Virus record (IMG/VR): IMGVR_UViG_3300024259_001623
DNA from: a virus
Taxonomy: Duplodnaviria; Caudoviricetes
Length of the DNA stretch: 64,000 bases
Reading direction: 5' to 3' (one strand)
The notes below the pieces were generated by a model that was given only the letters and a program-made list of their open reading frames with translations, did no database searches and was not told the origin of the DNA. The stretch's first letter is position 1; every line of letters starts with the position of its first letter. Of the stretch, positions 35,042-45,039 are shown piece by piece. The position numbers were made by a program, and so were the translations under genes.

Positions 35042-38000
35042 TATGCTTTACCTATCAAATAGATATAACCCAAACCATTATTTAATTCTATTTCATTATA
35101 AAACAAATTTTCCTCTGTTAAATTGTCAAAAATACTGGCTTCTTTTACTAATCCATCAGATTCAGATTTTTTCTTTCTATTCTTTCTATCTTGAACAGCA
35201 TTTTGTATATGAGAATTAATAACTTTTCTTATTTCCTCTTCCTTATCGTGGATAGCGTCTTCTTTGAACCTTAAAATTCTCCAACCGATGTCAGCTAGTT
35301 TCTGATCTCTCTTCTTATCTCTTATTTTAGATTCAACATTCTCATGCCAAGATTTTCCATCAGCTTCAATTCCAATACCCAAATTAGGATAAGCGAAATC
35401 TAAAACATATGGATTCTGCTGTCCAGCTACATTAACAGAGTATTGCCCATATAACTGATATGGTGTTTGCATACTTTGTATAATTTTATACATTTTTTGT
35501 TCTAATTTAGTTAACTTAATAAACTTAGGAGCAGGAGGCTTTAACTGCTCTTCCATAGTCTTGCTACCTTTACCCTTTCTACCTACCTTGAAATTAGGAG
35601 GAATTGATTCTGCGGCTCCACCCATCTCGGCTCCTGGCATTCCGCCACCCATGTCGCCGCCAGGCATACCACCGCCCATCTCGGCTCCAGGCATTCCACC
35701 CATTTCAGCCCCAGGCATTCCCCCCATGTCAGGAGGAGCGCCACCCCCCATTGGAGCGCCACCCATGCCGCCCATTGCACCGCCACCCATGCCACCCATG
35801 CCGCCCATCTGACCTTGAGGGCCTGCCTGAACTTGCTCATCTCTAATTCTTTCTGTCTCTTGGTCATAATCAATATCAAATTCTTCTAGCAATTTTTGAG
35901 TACTGATAAGGCCCTTATCATGCAATTGAGACATTAATTGTAAATGATTTGATTTATCCCTAAGATTCATATCATTGAACACTAATTTAGGAACTTTATA
36001 AACAATCTCGCCTATTTCTTTAGACTCTTTCTCGTCTACGAAACCTTGCATCATTGCTATTGGCAAGAAAATATGATTTTCTACCCATTCGGCTAATGTA
36101 TTTCTCCAACTATCCAATCTTCTTATCATTGTTTCTACGCCGACCTGAGCAGAAGAATAACTGGTCATTTCTCCATTCAACAATGATTGATTAAGCATCA
36201 TTCCATCTAAAATTTCTTTACCGATATGTTCTAATTCTGCTGTAATATTATGAATCTTACCAGTAGCTCCATACCAATCATATTCAAAAGCATGGTGAGT
36301 CACTAATGTTAAATTAGGGTCATTAGCTACAGCAGATAATTGATTAGAAACATCCAAAATATCTTGAGGAGAAGCTGGACGCTCTTTATCTCCGATTTTA
36401 ACAACTCTAATTGGCAGAATAAGTCTTTCTGCAACAATCCAGTTAGCTGTCATAATTTTCGTCTTATAAGCCAAAACTGTGAACAGTCTACGAATCAATG
36501 AAACTCCATATGTTCCGTATGGACTATCATTATATTTCAAATGACTTACTGATCTATTTGACAAAGGTATAGGTTGCCCAGCAGAAACTAATTGAATTAA
36601 TTTAGAAGGTAATCTATCATATATTTGTTTAGGCTCTCGTTTTGATACAATTGATCTTAACTCTTCATCAGGAACAAGAACAACAACTGGCTCATTAGCC
36701 AAAACATTTTTCTGTACTTCAATCCAGTCGGGATTTAAAACAACTATTCTTTTAATTTTTCCATTTGGATGATTACATACGTTCCCGTCAGTATCCATCC
36801 CTGCTCCAGAACATGCTGGACAATGTATTTCTGTAAACGGAAAAACATCCCCTATCATAAAATATTCATGACTAATCAGTTTTAACCAATAATTTAATCT
36901 AAGATCTTTTGAGATCTTTTCGAAATACTTTAAAACCTTTTTATCTGACTGTTCTAAAACGAACCCGTTCATGGGAAACTGCGAATTATGGCAACATACT
37001 CTATTAACTATATAAGTATGAGCATTTTTAACCGTTAAATCATATACTTCTCCTGAATATCTATATTTCTTAATCGATATTATTTTTCTTAAAATATAAT
37101 TTCCTTCTTTCTTATAAGGAATATTATTACAATATCTTTCATCTATATCGCTTTTATAATGTTTAAAAGTATCTGCAAATACCCCACAACTACGGCGGCT
37201 AACACGTACATTATAACATGTTTGTCTATTGCCTTTAGAAATTCTAGTTTTAGTAAAAGAATAAATTAAACCTAATATGTCACAAATATTTGCTATTTGT
37301 TCAGAAAGTTTTTTACTTACTCCCACCCCTTGAAAACCATTATTTTTATTGAAACATCCATCTCCTTCCATAAAACCTTTAATTATTTCTGTCAAAACCT
37401 TTGTGGAACTTTTTAAAACAACGGGAGAAAATCTTTTAGAACCATCCTTTGCGATACCAGGGCACAAACCACAAAGATCATCTGCAATATTCCTGCCATA
37501 AGCAGAGATAACGGTTGTATTAGTATCCTCAAGTAATCTAACTGTAACTTTAATATTACCATAATATTTTTTTATACAATCTACGGCTTTTACTGCTAAA
37601 GTGTCATATTCATCTGCTGATAGATAAAAATAAACTCCCTTATAATGTTTTTCCATTTTTCCTTTTAATGACGTATGCTGATAAGGTATGCCACATCCTT
37701 CCGCAGCATAAAGTCCAAGAAGCCATGAAAAATCTTTATCAAAATTAATTTCTGATTTTTGATTTTCTTCATAATTACAAGGCGAAACTAACCAATCTCC
37801 CTCAGAAAGCTCTCCTGCTTGAACTTCAACAATTTTTCCATTTCTCATAACAAACATATTATGGCCAGTTGTTACTTTTAATGGTCCTTGAGAAATTCCA
37901 GCTATTTTAATCTTCAACATTTCTTCATTTGTATTCCGGCAATGCACATGAGTCACTTCATTAGAACTACCATCATGGCTTCTGACTAAATCCCCCACTT

Positions 38001-38385
38001 CTATAGATTCTATCGTTTTTTGCCCACCGTCTGCCATCAGTACTGGTGTTTTAGGCTCAAAACAATAGAAATCTATACCGGCAGCGACTTTAGGTTCATT
38101 TTCATAATAGAATCTTGCCCATTGATATATCTCTCTTCTCTTACTTGCGATCTGCCAGTTTTGAGGAGTATGCAAAGGACTGAAGAACATAGGCTGAGTC
38201 ATCGTAACATTGGCACCTGACCCAGCAAATTGTGAGTTTTTAGTTATAGGAACAACAGCAGAATTACTTTCAGCGTATCTACCACCATTATTTCCATTTT
38301 TATTAGAAGAAGTATGATGCCCACCAGAAGCTGATACTATCTTCTTTTTAGCATTGTCGTCTGGTACATTCATTTTTATTGGCAT
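35041..38385 (-). CDS. Portal protein with intein and C-terminal DUF559-like nuclease domain
   Basis: YENEPKVAAGID...EYFMIGDVF...VLNPDWIEV...HLKYNDSPYGTYGVSLIRRLF portal motifs; position between TerL and protease. Confidence 0.85.
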   Translation of the reverse strand: MPIKMNVPDDNAKKKIVSASGGHHTSSNKNGNNGGRYAESNSAVVPITKNSQFAGSGANVTMTQPMFFSPLHTPQNWQIASKRREIYQWARFYYENEPKVAAGIDFYCFEPKTPVLMADGGQKTIESIEVGDLVRSHDGSSNEVTHVHCRNTNEEMLKIKIAGISQGPLKVTTGHNMFVMRNGKIVEVQAGELSEGDWLVSPCNYEENQKSEINFDKDFSWLLGLYAAEGCGIPYQHTSLKGKMEKHYKGVYFYLSADEYDTLAVKAVDCIKKYYGNIKVTVRLLEDTNTTVISAYGRNIADDLCGLCPGIAKDGSKRFSPVVLKSSTKVLTEIIKGFMEGDGCFNKNNGFQGVGVSKKLSEQIANICDILGLIYSFTKTRISKGNRQTCYNVRVSRRSCGVFADTFKHYKSDIDERYCNNIPYKKEGNYILRKIISIKKYRYSGEVYDLTVKNAHTYIVNRVCCHNSQFPMNGFVLEQSDKKVLKYFEKISKDLRLNYWLKLISHEYFMIGDVFPFTEIHCPACSGAGMDTDGNVCNHPNGKIKRIVVLNPDWIEVQKNVLANEPVVVLVPDEELRSIVSKREPKQIYDRLPSKLIQLVSAGQPIPLSNRSVSHLKYNDSPYGTYGVSLIRRLFTVLAYKTKIMTANWIVAERLILPIRVVKIGDKERPASPQDILDVSNQLSAVANDPNLTLVTHHAFEYDWYGATGKIHNITAELEHIGKEILDGMMLNQSLLNGEMTSYSSAQVGVETMIRRLDSWRNTLAEWVENHIFLPIAMMQGFVDEKESKEIGEIVYKVPKLVFNDMNLRDKSNHLQLMSQLHDKGLISTQKLLEEFDIDYDQETERIRDEQVQAGPQGQMGGMGGMGGGAMGGMGGAPMGGGAPPDMGGMPGAEMGGMPGAEMGGGMPGGDMGGGMPGAEMGGAAESIPPNFKVGRKGKGSKTMEEQLKPPAPKFIKLTKLEQKMYKIIQSMQTPYQLYGQYSVNVAGQQNPYVLDFAYPNLGIGIEADGKSWHENVESKIRDKKRDQKLADIGWRILRFKEDAIHDKEEEIRKVINSHIQNAVQDRKNRKKKSESDGLVKEASIFDNLTEENLFYNEIELNNGLGYIYLIGKA
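36985..38064 (-). mobile_element. Class 1 intein with LAGLIDADG endonuclease in portal (360 aa)
   Basis: FY|CFEPKTPV...VYDLTV...CCHN|SQF; LLGLYAAEG and IKGFMEGDG. Confidence 0.92.
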
Positions 38386-38405
38386 GTTGTATCCTTTTAA
38401 AACGA

Positions 38406-40118
38406 TTAACCATCAAAAGATAAATCATCCATAGTGTTCTTTACCTGTTTCTGTTTATCGGAATCAACAGGCTTTCTATAATAAGGATCACTAACTAATT
38501 CTTCCGTATCAGGTTCAGTTAGTTGCATAATCTCTTCTGATTTATAAGTTTTTTCTGGTTTTTTCGCTTTTGGCTTTTTCTTTTTGCCAGCAGAAACTTT
38601 CAGTTCTGTATCCTCTTCAGCGACCTGAATAAACTCTGGAGTTTTATTCCTCGCTCTCCAGTTTCTAGCTTTTTCCGGTTCGCCTGGAAGTTGTTCTCTT
38701 ACTCCGAGATTTGCAATTGGACGAGAACCGTCATTGCACAGACCTGTTTCTTTATTTGGTTCAGAACCATCTGCGCACATTTGAATTGGGGCAGTTAATT
38801 TAGGATTAAAAAAATCTTGTCCTGGTAAGGCTCTATCTTTCGCTGGTAAATCAGCTATTTTTTGAATTTTTTTTTTACTCTGAGCCTCTTTCCAGTTAAA
38901 GGGTTTTCCTTCTGATGCAGGTTCGTAACCTCTTTCAGAGGCTTCTTTTTCTCTCATAGCTTCTAATCTTGCTTCATAACCTTTATGCTCTGGAATATAA
39001 GGCTTTCTTCTTTCCCCTGGCAATAACTGTAAGTTATTTTGTGCAGGGATATTCTTATCTACTTCAAATCTTTTCTGGATGTATCCGCCAACCCATTCGC
39101 CAGTCTTAGTATCACGATAAGGTCTAGAATACTTATCCATGATTGTTCCACGCCAAATGGATTCCCAATCTATATTCCAAACATCATCAACGACAAGACC
39201 GAAGCCCTTGTTTCTTTCGACTATATTCCAATCAGTAACAGGTTGTCTCAAGAAAGGATCGTATCTTTTTTCATTTGGCCCATACATAACAACATTTTCT
39301 ATCGTTTTTGCTTGGGCTTCCTTTTTAAGATTAAAAGGCTTCTTATCTTCTTTAACACTGTCTTGGGCGAGTTTCTTTATACTATTATCAATATCGTTTA
39401 CAAACGATACGATATCTGTCTTTTCTAATTTAGCGTTCTCTATCACTCCTGGCTTAGCCTCCAATGATTTAGGTTCCGAACTTAGATTTTTCCATATAGG
39501 TAAAACCATTTGTATTTTTTTTGTTACTGGATCATCTACAGTATTCCAGTCTACTGTTTCAAAATATTGCTGAAGTTGTCTGTCTAAAGCTTCAACAACT
39601 AAACGACCTTCAGGTGTATCTTCTGATGGAAAAAATTCCATGATCTCATCTCTTGCTCTTTGCTCATCAATATCATCTCTATCTAAATATGCAACTAAAT
39701 CTTCTACGCTGCTTAATTGCATAGACGCCAAAATATTATCATTAGTTTCTTCAACTTCAAATGGAGTATCTTCAGGAGTCACAATTTCATCAACAGGAAA
39801 TTCTGCTTGAGCCTTTTTAAAATTGAAAGGTTTAACTGAGGCAGCAATATTATCAGAAATATCTTGCATTTCTTGCATACTCCTTTCCTGTATCTCCACG
39901 GCAGATATCGCAGCGTCCTCAACGCCCTCTGTAGCGTCTACAACATCCCCAGATTCATCCCTAATGCGATTTAACTCTACTAAGATCAACTGAGGGTCAT
40001 TTAATAACTTAACAGCATCTGGGACTTGTATGCCCTTTTCAGTAAGGTTATCTATCTCTGTCTGTATCGCTTCTAAATCAGACATAGTACCCATATTTTG
40101 TGCTGTTTTATTTTTCAT
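38406..40118 (-). CDS. Putative internal head protein
   Basis: Acidic; starts MKNKTAQ; three KPFN(F/L/W)K..AQ motifs. Confidence 0.6.
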   Translation of the reverse strand: MKNKTAQNMGTMSDLEAIQTEIDNLTEKGIQVPDAVKLLNDPQLILVELNRIRDESGDVVDATEGVEDAAISAVEIQERSMQEMQDISDNIAASVKPFNFKKAQAEFPVDEIVTPEDTPFEVEETNDNILASMQLSSVEDLVAYLDRDDIDEQRARDEIMEFFPSEDTPEGRLVVEALDRQLQQYFETVDWNTVDDPVTKKIQMVLPIWKNLSSEPKSLEAKPGVIENAKLEKTDIVSFVNDIDNSIKKLAQDSVKEDKKPFNLKKEAQAKTIENVVMYGPNEKRYDPFLRQPVTDWNIVERNKGFGLVVDDVWNIDWESIWRGTIMDKYSRPYRDTKTGEWVGGYIQKRFEVDKNIPAQNNLQLLPGERRKPYIPEHKGYEARLEAMREKEASERGYEPASEGKPFNWKEAQSKKKIQKIADLPAKDRALPGQDFFNPKLTAPIQMCADGSEPNKETGLCNDGSRPIANLGVREQLPGEPEKARNWRARNKTPEFIQVAEEDTELKVSAGKKKKPKAKKPEKTYKSEEIMQLTEPDTEELVSDPYYRKPVDSDKQKQVKNTMDDLSFDG

Positions 40119-40826
40119 TTATTTATCCTGTGTTAAATTATCAAACAGGCTATCTACTAAACTACTCATTTTCTTGGTACCTTTATGGTCTTTCCAAGAA
40201 TCATCTTTCTCTTTAGCGGTTCTCGCATTCTCTGCCGAAATCTCTCCCGCTGTCTTCTCGGCCATGTCTTCAAAAACATTTGTATCAAATATGCTTAAAT
40301 TATTTTTAGAAGACTTAAAAGAAGAACCAGAGAATTCTCCAACGCTAGTAACAGTAGAGTCTTTTCTCGTATCAGTTTCAGACAAAGACTCAGCCAAATG
40401 ATCTAAAGACTCTTGCTTCAAACCATTTCTGACTTTTTCGAGACTAGCTCTCTCTTCTCTTATCTTTTCTCCATTGTCTTTTGAATCAATCAATTTTGCT
40501 ATTTTTTCCGAATCCCAAATACTATTTTTAGTTTCTGATCCTAAATGCTTACTAGAACCGCCAATATCAGTAATTCCACCAGAAGCAGAACGACCAGCAG
40601 ATAAAATCCCCTTATCGCCTCTAGTATTAATAACATCTGAATTATTTAATTTTTTAGCCTTTTGCTCCTGAATTAACGTTGCATCCTCTCTAGCCGCCAT
40701 TTCTTTTTTAAAATCATCTTGAGAAGCTTGTTTGTCAAATTTATCATACATCTCATTCTCATCTTCTGTGAATTTTATTCTATTTTGATCTGACATTCTC
40801 TGGATCATATTATTTCTCCGTATCAT
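40119..40826 (-). CDS. Putative head-associated hypothetical protein
   Basis: Charged and hydrophilic; translationally coupled within the head cluster. Confidence 0.6.
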   Translation of the reverse strand: MIRRNNMIQRMSDQNRIKFTEDENEMYDKFDKQASQDDFKKEMAAREDATLIQEQKAKKLNNSDVINTRGDKGILSAGRSASGGITDIGGSSKHLGSETKNSIWDSEKIAKLIDSKDNGEKIREERASLEKVRNGLKQESLDHLAESLSETDTRKDSTVTSVGEFSGSSFKSSKNNLSIFDTNVFEDMAEKTAGEISAENARTAKEKDDSWKDHKGTKKMSSLVDSLFDNLTQDK

Positions 40827-41502
40827 TTAACAAGGTATCAAGTACTGTTTGTCTACTTATCTTCAGTAATTCATTCATTGTACTTGCTTTTGTTTTCTTT
40901 CTACCTTTTTTATCGGAACCACCGCTATATACATCATCAAGAATATCAGACGAAAATTCTGATTCTTCTTCGCCATCCTCTTTTTGAGGCTTTTGAGAAG
41001 AAAAATTCATTGTAATTTTCTTATCTTTTCTTTCTGCATCCACAAAAGTCAAACCAAATTTCTCTTGTATCTCTGATATAATAGTCGAAAAATCTTTATT
41101 AGATATTCTTCCTTTTTTACCATAATATTGATCAGGAATAACAATAGTCATTTCAGTAACTCCACCTGGATAGATCTTTTCGTCTACAAAATCATTTTCA
41201 AATTCTTGTAATCTTCGTGGCGGATAACCAAAACTTTCCAATTTTTCAAATATATATACAGCAACATCGCTTTGAGAATCAGATTCTTTACCTTTTTCTG
41301 GTGCAATATCTTGTTCACTAGAAAAAGGGTCGCCAGGTTGATCACCAGGCGATCCATTTTCTAGCGTATTTTTATTCAGTGGTTGACTCTGGCCTAAATC
41401 CATATCACTTAAAGTCTTATCATCGATATTTAGATCCGGCATATCTTGACTAAAAGTTTGCGCGACCATTGTTCGTTTTGTCCCACTAGGAACAATTGAC
41501 AT
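40810..41502 (-). CDS. Putative head-associated hypothetical protein
   Basis: 230 aa; GGAG RBS; overlaps the next gene. Confidence 0.6.
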   Translation of the reverse strand: MSIVPSGTKRTMVAQTFSQDMPDLNIDDKTLSDMDLGQSQPLNKNTLENGSPGDQPGDPFSSEQDIAPEKGKESDSQSDVAVYIFEKLESFGYPPRRLQEFENDFVDEKIYPGGVTEMTIVIPDQYYGKKGRISNKDFSTIISEIQEKFGLTFVDAERKDKKITMNFSSQKPQKEDGEEESEFSSDILDDVYSGGSDKKGRKKTKASTMNELLKISRQTVLDTLLNDTEK

Positions 41503-41550
41503 TATAAGCTCCTTTTCTAGTTTAAACTGACCTAATATTAATACTTACTA

Positions 41551-42129
41551 TTAATATTCAGCTAACATTGCATCTACGTAGTCAGAAGGATACAGATTAC
41601 CCCAGAATTTCTTTAGGAACTCTCTAGTTTTTCCATCAAGCTTGGCAAGTTTAACAAAAGATTCAGTTTCGCTGGCTTCTCTACCCTTCTGGTGAAGAGG
41701 CTCAACGTCTAGCTGACCAGAACTATCGGCTTCGTCATTGTTTGACTTGCCTTTTGTTCTTTTTCCCTTTTCAGGAGTATTAACCAATTTGGCCTCTGCC
41801 TCTGGCTGACCACTTGAGTCTGCCTCGTCTTTTTCAGCTACTTTCGCGGTCTTGCAATCTTTTTCATCTTCTTTTTCTTCGTCTTTGTCATCTTCTTTCT
41901 TATCTTCGTCTTTATCTTCGTTGTCTGTCTTACCTGTCTGCTTCTTTTCAATAGCTTCTTGCAAAGCAGGAGGAAGATTCTTCTGTTTTTCTGACAATTC
42001 TGCTGTTTTAATCTCTTCGTCAGCAGAAGCAGTTTTAACAGTAGGCTTCCCAAGCTTCTCATTTACCAAATCTTCAAAACTTTTACCTTGCCCCATCTTG
42101 ATTACGCCTGTCATAAACTTAACACCCAT
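41551..42129 (-). CDS. Highly charged putative head-associated protein
   Basis: KTAS, KTAE and KTAK motifs; duplicated DEADSSGQ; D/E/K tract. Confidence 0.65.
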   Translation of the reverse strand: MGVKFMTGVIKMGQGKSFEDLVNEKLGKPTVKTASADEEIKTAELSEKQKNLPPALQEAIEKKQTGKTDNEDKDEDKKEDDKDEEKEDEKDCKTAKVAEKDEADSSGQPEAEAKLVNTPEKGKRTKGKSNNDEADSSGQLDVEPLHQKGREASETESFVKLAKLDGKTREFLKKFWGNLYPSDYVDAMLAEY

Positions 42130-42160
42130 TTTATTACTCCTATTAACGATAATTTTGCTT

Positions 42161-42192
42161 TTTATATTTTCACAGAATACGCAAAATACCTT
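42161..42192 (-). promoter_or_regulatory. Putative late promoter AAGGT-N20-ATATAAA
   Basis: Same spacing as 9555-9586 and 55849-55880. Confidence 0.45.
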
Positions 42193-42226
42193 TTAATTAA
42201 AATGCTATATTATTACTGTAAATCCT

Positions 42227-43945
42227 TTATTTTATTTTATTTTTAGATGAAGCTCTTGGTCCTACAACCCCTTCAGTTTGTTGTTCAGCAGGTATTTCCC
42301 CAGACATCATCCGATCTTGAGGAGCGGCTGGAGCAACAGCTTCAGGCTTAGGCTGCAAGAATCTATCTAAATTAGGTAATGATTTCATAACATATGTTAT
42401 GGCTCCCAAAACCCCAGATTTCGCTTTTTTGTCTTCTGGACCAACTTGTGCTGCTGCCAATTTACTTTTAATATCATTCAAAAATGCAACAACACTATCA
42501 ACATTTAACATATCTGCTTGAGGTTCCTGTTCGACAGTCGGCTCAACAGCTTGTTCGCCAGCCTGATCAGCAGGATCAGAAAAAGCAGCTAATTGATCTG
42601 CATAATTTTGCTGTATAAATTTAGCGGCCATAGGAATTTGGCCAGTAGAATTAAGACTTTTCCAAAAAGCTTGTGCAAACTGTTTAGGATTTCTTTGGAA
42701 CATAGCAGATAATTCCTGCTCTCCTATGGCAGCTTTTTTATTCATTCTATTAGAAAAAGCAACAGTTTGAGGGGCGTTTTTCTTAGCATAAGTAGTAAAA
42801 TACTGAAGAACTATCTGACTCATAGAAGGATCATTCATAATTAATCTCATAATGCCAGCGGCATTGGTGGGATCAGAAGCTACAGCCAATTCTCCTGGAG
42901 TCAAATCCCCCTGAACAGCAGCTTGTTGCTGTTCTCCAGGTTGCGTCTGCGCTCCAGCAGGCAAGGGTGGAGGAGCCGATTGTTCCTTACTCTCCATAGA
43001 GTTATACCAACCTTGTATGCTTTTCACTAAATTATTTAATAAATTAATTCTTTGACCTTCTTCAACTCTACTGTTTAATGCTTGATAAGACTGCATTACC
43101 GATTGCATATTAGGATCATCGCCAGTAGTTAATCTCTTAAATACGTTAAGGTCTTCCTGCATATCAACTTGGAAGTTATGCATCAAATTTTTATAATTTG
43201 CCAAAGACTGCTGATCTCTTGGGCTTTGTCTCCATTGCTGGAAAGCCGTGCTAACTTCTCTAGCAGCAGAAATAAGGTTCTGTACTCTTCCTTGTAATTG
43301 AGATTTATTACTTCTAAACCAATTCAAAGGATTCCAATTTCCGCCTGCACCGCCGCCAAAGGCAGATTCTTTAACAACTTCACTAGCAACACTTATAAGA
43401 GCTTTAGATATCTCATCATTACCAGTTTTGCTAATTTCTTCTGAAATACTTAATAATGAATCAGAACAATCAACCATTTTATTAGAATATTTATTCAATC
43501 CTTCTTCTACTGCATAAGCAAAAGCAAAACCTACAGATTCGCCAGCTTCTATCTTATTTTTCAAATTATTAAAAAATTCTTCTCTTTCTCTTTTGATAAT
43601 CTTCTTTTCAAAATCGCTTGAAGATGCAGTTTTGATCAAACTATCATCGCCAGCATATTTTTCCCATCCACTTTTATCATTGTTGATAGACTCAAGATAC
43701 TCTTTGTGGCATTTCTCCCAAACATTTTGAGCAGCCATGTCTGGATTAGTAACTCTTCCCTGTCTATAACAATTCTGCCAACATCTAGAGTTTCTAATCA
43801 TATATCCCTGCACACCAACAAATTGTGCGGTCTTAACCGACAAAAGACTTCTTGATACTTTATCAATTTTACCGGAAATATTTTTTAGATCTTTACTGTC
43901 TAATTTCTCAGCGATATCGGCTAATTTTTTAATAATATTTTCCAT
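42227..43945 (-). CDS. Putative internal head protein (Ala/Gln-rich, helical)
   Basis: VKTAQFVGVQGY...CWQNC...CHKEY; IKTAS; Q/A/P-rich linkers. Confidence 0.6.
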   Translation of the reverse strand: MENIIKKLADIAEKLDSKDLKNISGKIDKVSRSLLSVKTAQFVGVQGYMIRNSRCWQNCYRQGRVTNPDMAAQNVWEKCHKEYLESINNDKSGWEKYAGDDSLIKTASSSDFEKKIIKREREEFFNNLKNKIEAGESVGFAFAYAVEEGLNKYSNKMVDCSDSLLSISEEISKTGNDEISKALISVASEVVKESAFGGGAGGNWNPLNWFRSNKSQLQGRVQNLISAAREVSTAFQQWRQSPRDQQSLANYKNLMHNFQVDMQEDLNVFKRLTTGDDPNMQSVMQSYQALNSRVEEGQRINLLNNLVKSIQGWYNSMESKEQSAPPPLPAGAQTQPGEQQQAAVQGDLTPGELAVASDPTNAAGIMRLIMNDPSMSQIVLQYFTTYAKKNAPQTVAFSNRMNKKAAIGEQELSAMFQRNPKQFAQAFWKSLNSTGQIPMAAKFIQQNYADQLAAFSDPADQAGEQAVEPTVEQEPQADMLNVDSVVAFLNDIKSKLAAAQVGPEDKKAKSGVLGAITYVMKSLPNLDRFLQPKPEAVAPAAPQDRMMSGEIPAEQQTEGVVGPRASSKNKIK

Positions 43946-43966
43946 TATTCCACCTTTTAAAAGTTA

Positions 43967-44638
43967 TTATTTATGATTTCTCATCCTTCTGAGTCTTCTT
44001 CTATAGTTTTTTCTACTTCTTGAGAAATTAAACTTAGGAGAAAACTTTTCTCCTGTAAATTTATATCCTTTTGGATATTCTCCTGATTTAACTATATTTT
44101 CTGAGATATAAGTCCTTATACCTCCAACGGTATCATCCCAAACTGCAAAATTTCTTCTATTAGTAGTCTTAGCAAAAAAGTCTCCATGAGGTTCTACATC
44201 TCTTACTAAACTAGTTCCATTCAATGTAACATAATTTATTCTTACAGTTTCGTTATTATGCTTCGCCCATCTTAAAGCTTGAAAAACTGAAGAAAATTCA
44301 GGATATCCTTCAGGTTCAATGACTTCATCTGTCTCAGTTTCTCCTTCTTCTTCCAACGCATCTTGTGCCAAATCATCTAAATCATCTGGACTATATGTTT
44401 CTAAATCTTCATCATAATAATCTTCTAATTCTTCATCGCTTAAAGTATCTTCTAAATCATCATCTTTTGTTCCCATCTCATCGTCGCTAAGATCTAAAAG
44501 TTCTTCATTTCCATACACATCATCGTAATTTCTGTTAAAGTCATCAAGATTATCTTCATCAGTAGTATCCAAAGAATCTTCGATATTTCTTTGGGATAAT
44601 ACTATTTTTTCAAAATTTTCAGTGTATATTTTTTTCAT
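43967..44638 (-). CDS. Acidic protein with C-terminal WYL-like domain
   Basis: VRINYVTLNGTSLVRDVEPHG...GGIRTYISENI resembles the WYL core. Confidence 0.6.
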   Translation of the reverse strand: MKKIYTENFEKIVLSQRNIEDSLDTTDEDNLDDFNRNYDDVYGNEELLDLSDDEMGTKDDDLEDTLSDEELEDYYDEDLETYSPDDLDDLAQDALEEEGETETDEVIEPEGYPEFSSVFQALRWAKHNNETVRINYVTLNGTSLVRDVEPHGDFFAKTTNRRNFAVWDDTVGGIRTYISENIVKSGEYPKGYKFTGEKFSPKFNFSRSRKNYRRRLRRMRNHK

Positions 44639-44658
44639 TTACTAAATTTACTTTTATT

Positions 44659-45039
44659 TTACTGTTTTCCTTTATTTTTCATAAACAATATAGTCATGTC
44701 ATCTTCAAAATCTATATTATCTCCAGCGGCTATATTGTTATCACTAAAAAATCCCTTATTCGCTTCTATAGCCATAATGCATTCTTTATCGCTAGAGACA
44801 CTCTTGAATGATTTAGGATTAATTTCCCCTATTTTAATTATCTCTAATTTATCTGTAACAAATGCTATATCTAATGGAATATATGTATTTAATCCCCAAA
44901 ATTTTAATATATCATTCCGATTAAATTTAAAAAGCATACCAGCTTTTTTATCTAATTGGGTTCTATACATAAGACCTCGTTCCCATTTACTAGGAGAATC
45001 AGCTATCTCAACAAATAATTTAACTTTTTTATCAGACAT
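44659..45039 (-). CDS. DUF192 family protein
   Basis: VEIADS...RGLMYR...GMLF...FWGLNTYIPLDIAFV; likely start 45039 (TAATG overlap, GGAG RBS). Confidence 0.85.
   Translation of the reverse strand: MSDKKVKLFVEIADSPSKWERGLMYRTQLDKKAGMLFKFNRNDILKFWGLNTYIPLDIAFVTDKLEIIKIGEINPKSFKSVSSDKECIMAIEANKGFFSDNNIAAGDNIDFEDDMTILFMKNKGKQ

Noticed and set aside
35561-35879. Three overlapping ORFs in a GC-rich patch
   Set aside because: Artefact of the Gly/Met/Pro linker of the portal lacking stop codons in other frames.
38862-38877. Poly-A slippery site for a programmed frameshift
   Set aside because: The ORF reads through in frame (SKKKIQK) and no alternative-frame product is evident.
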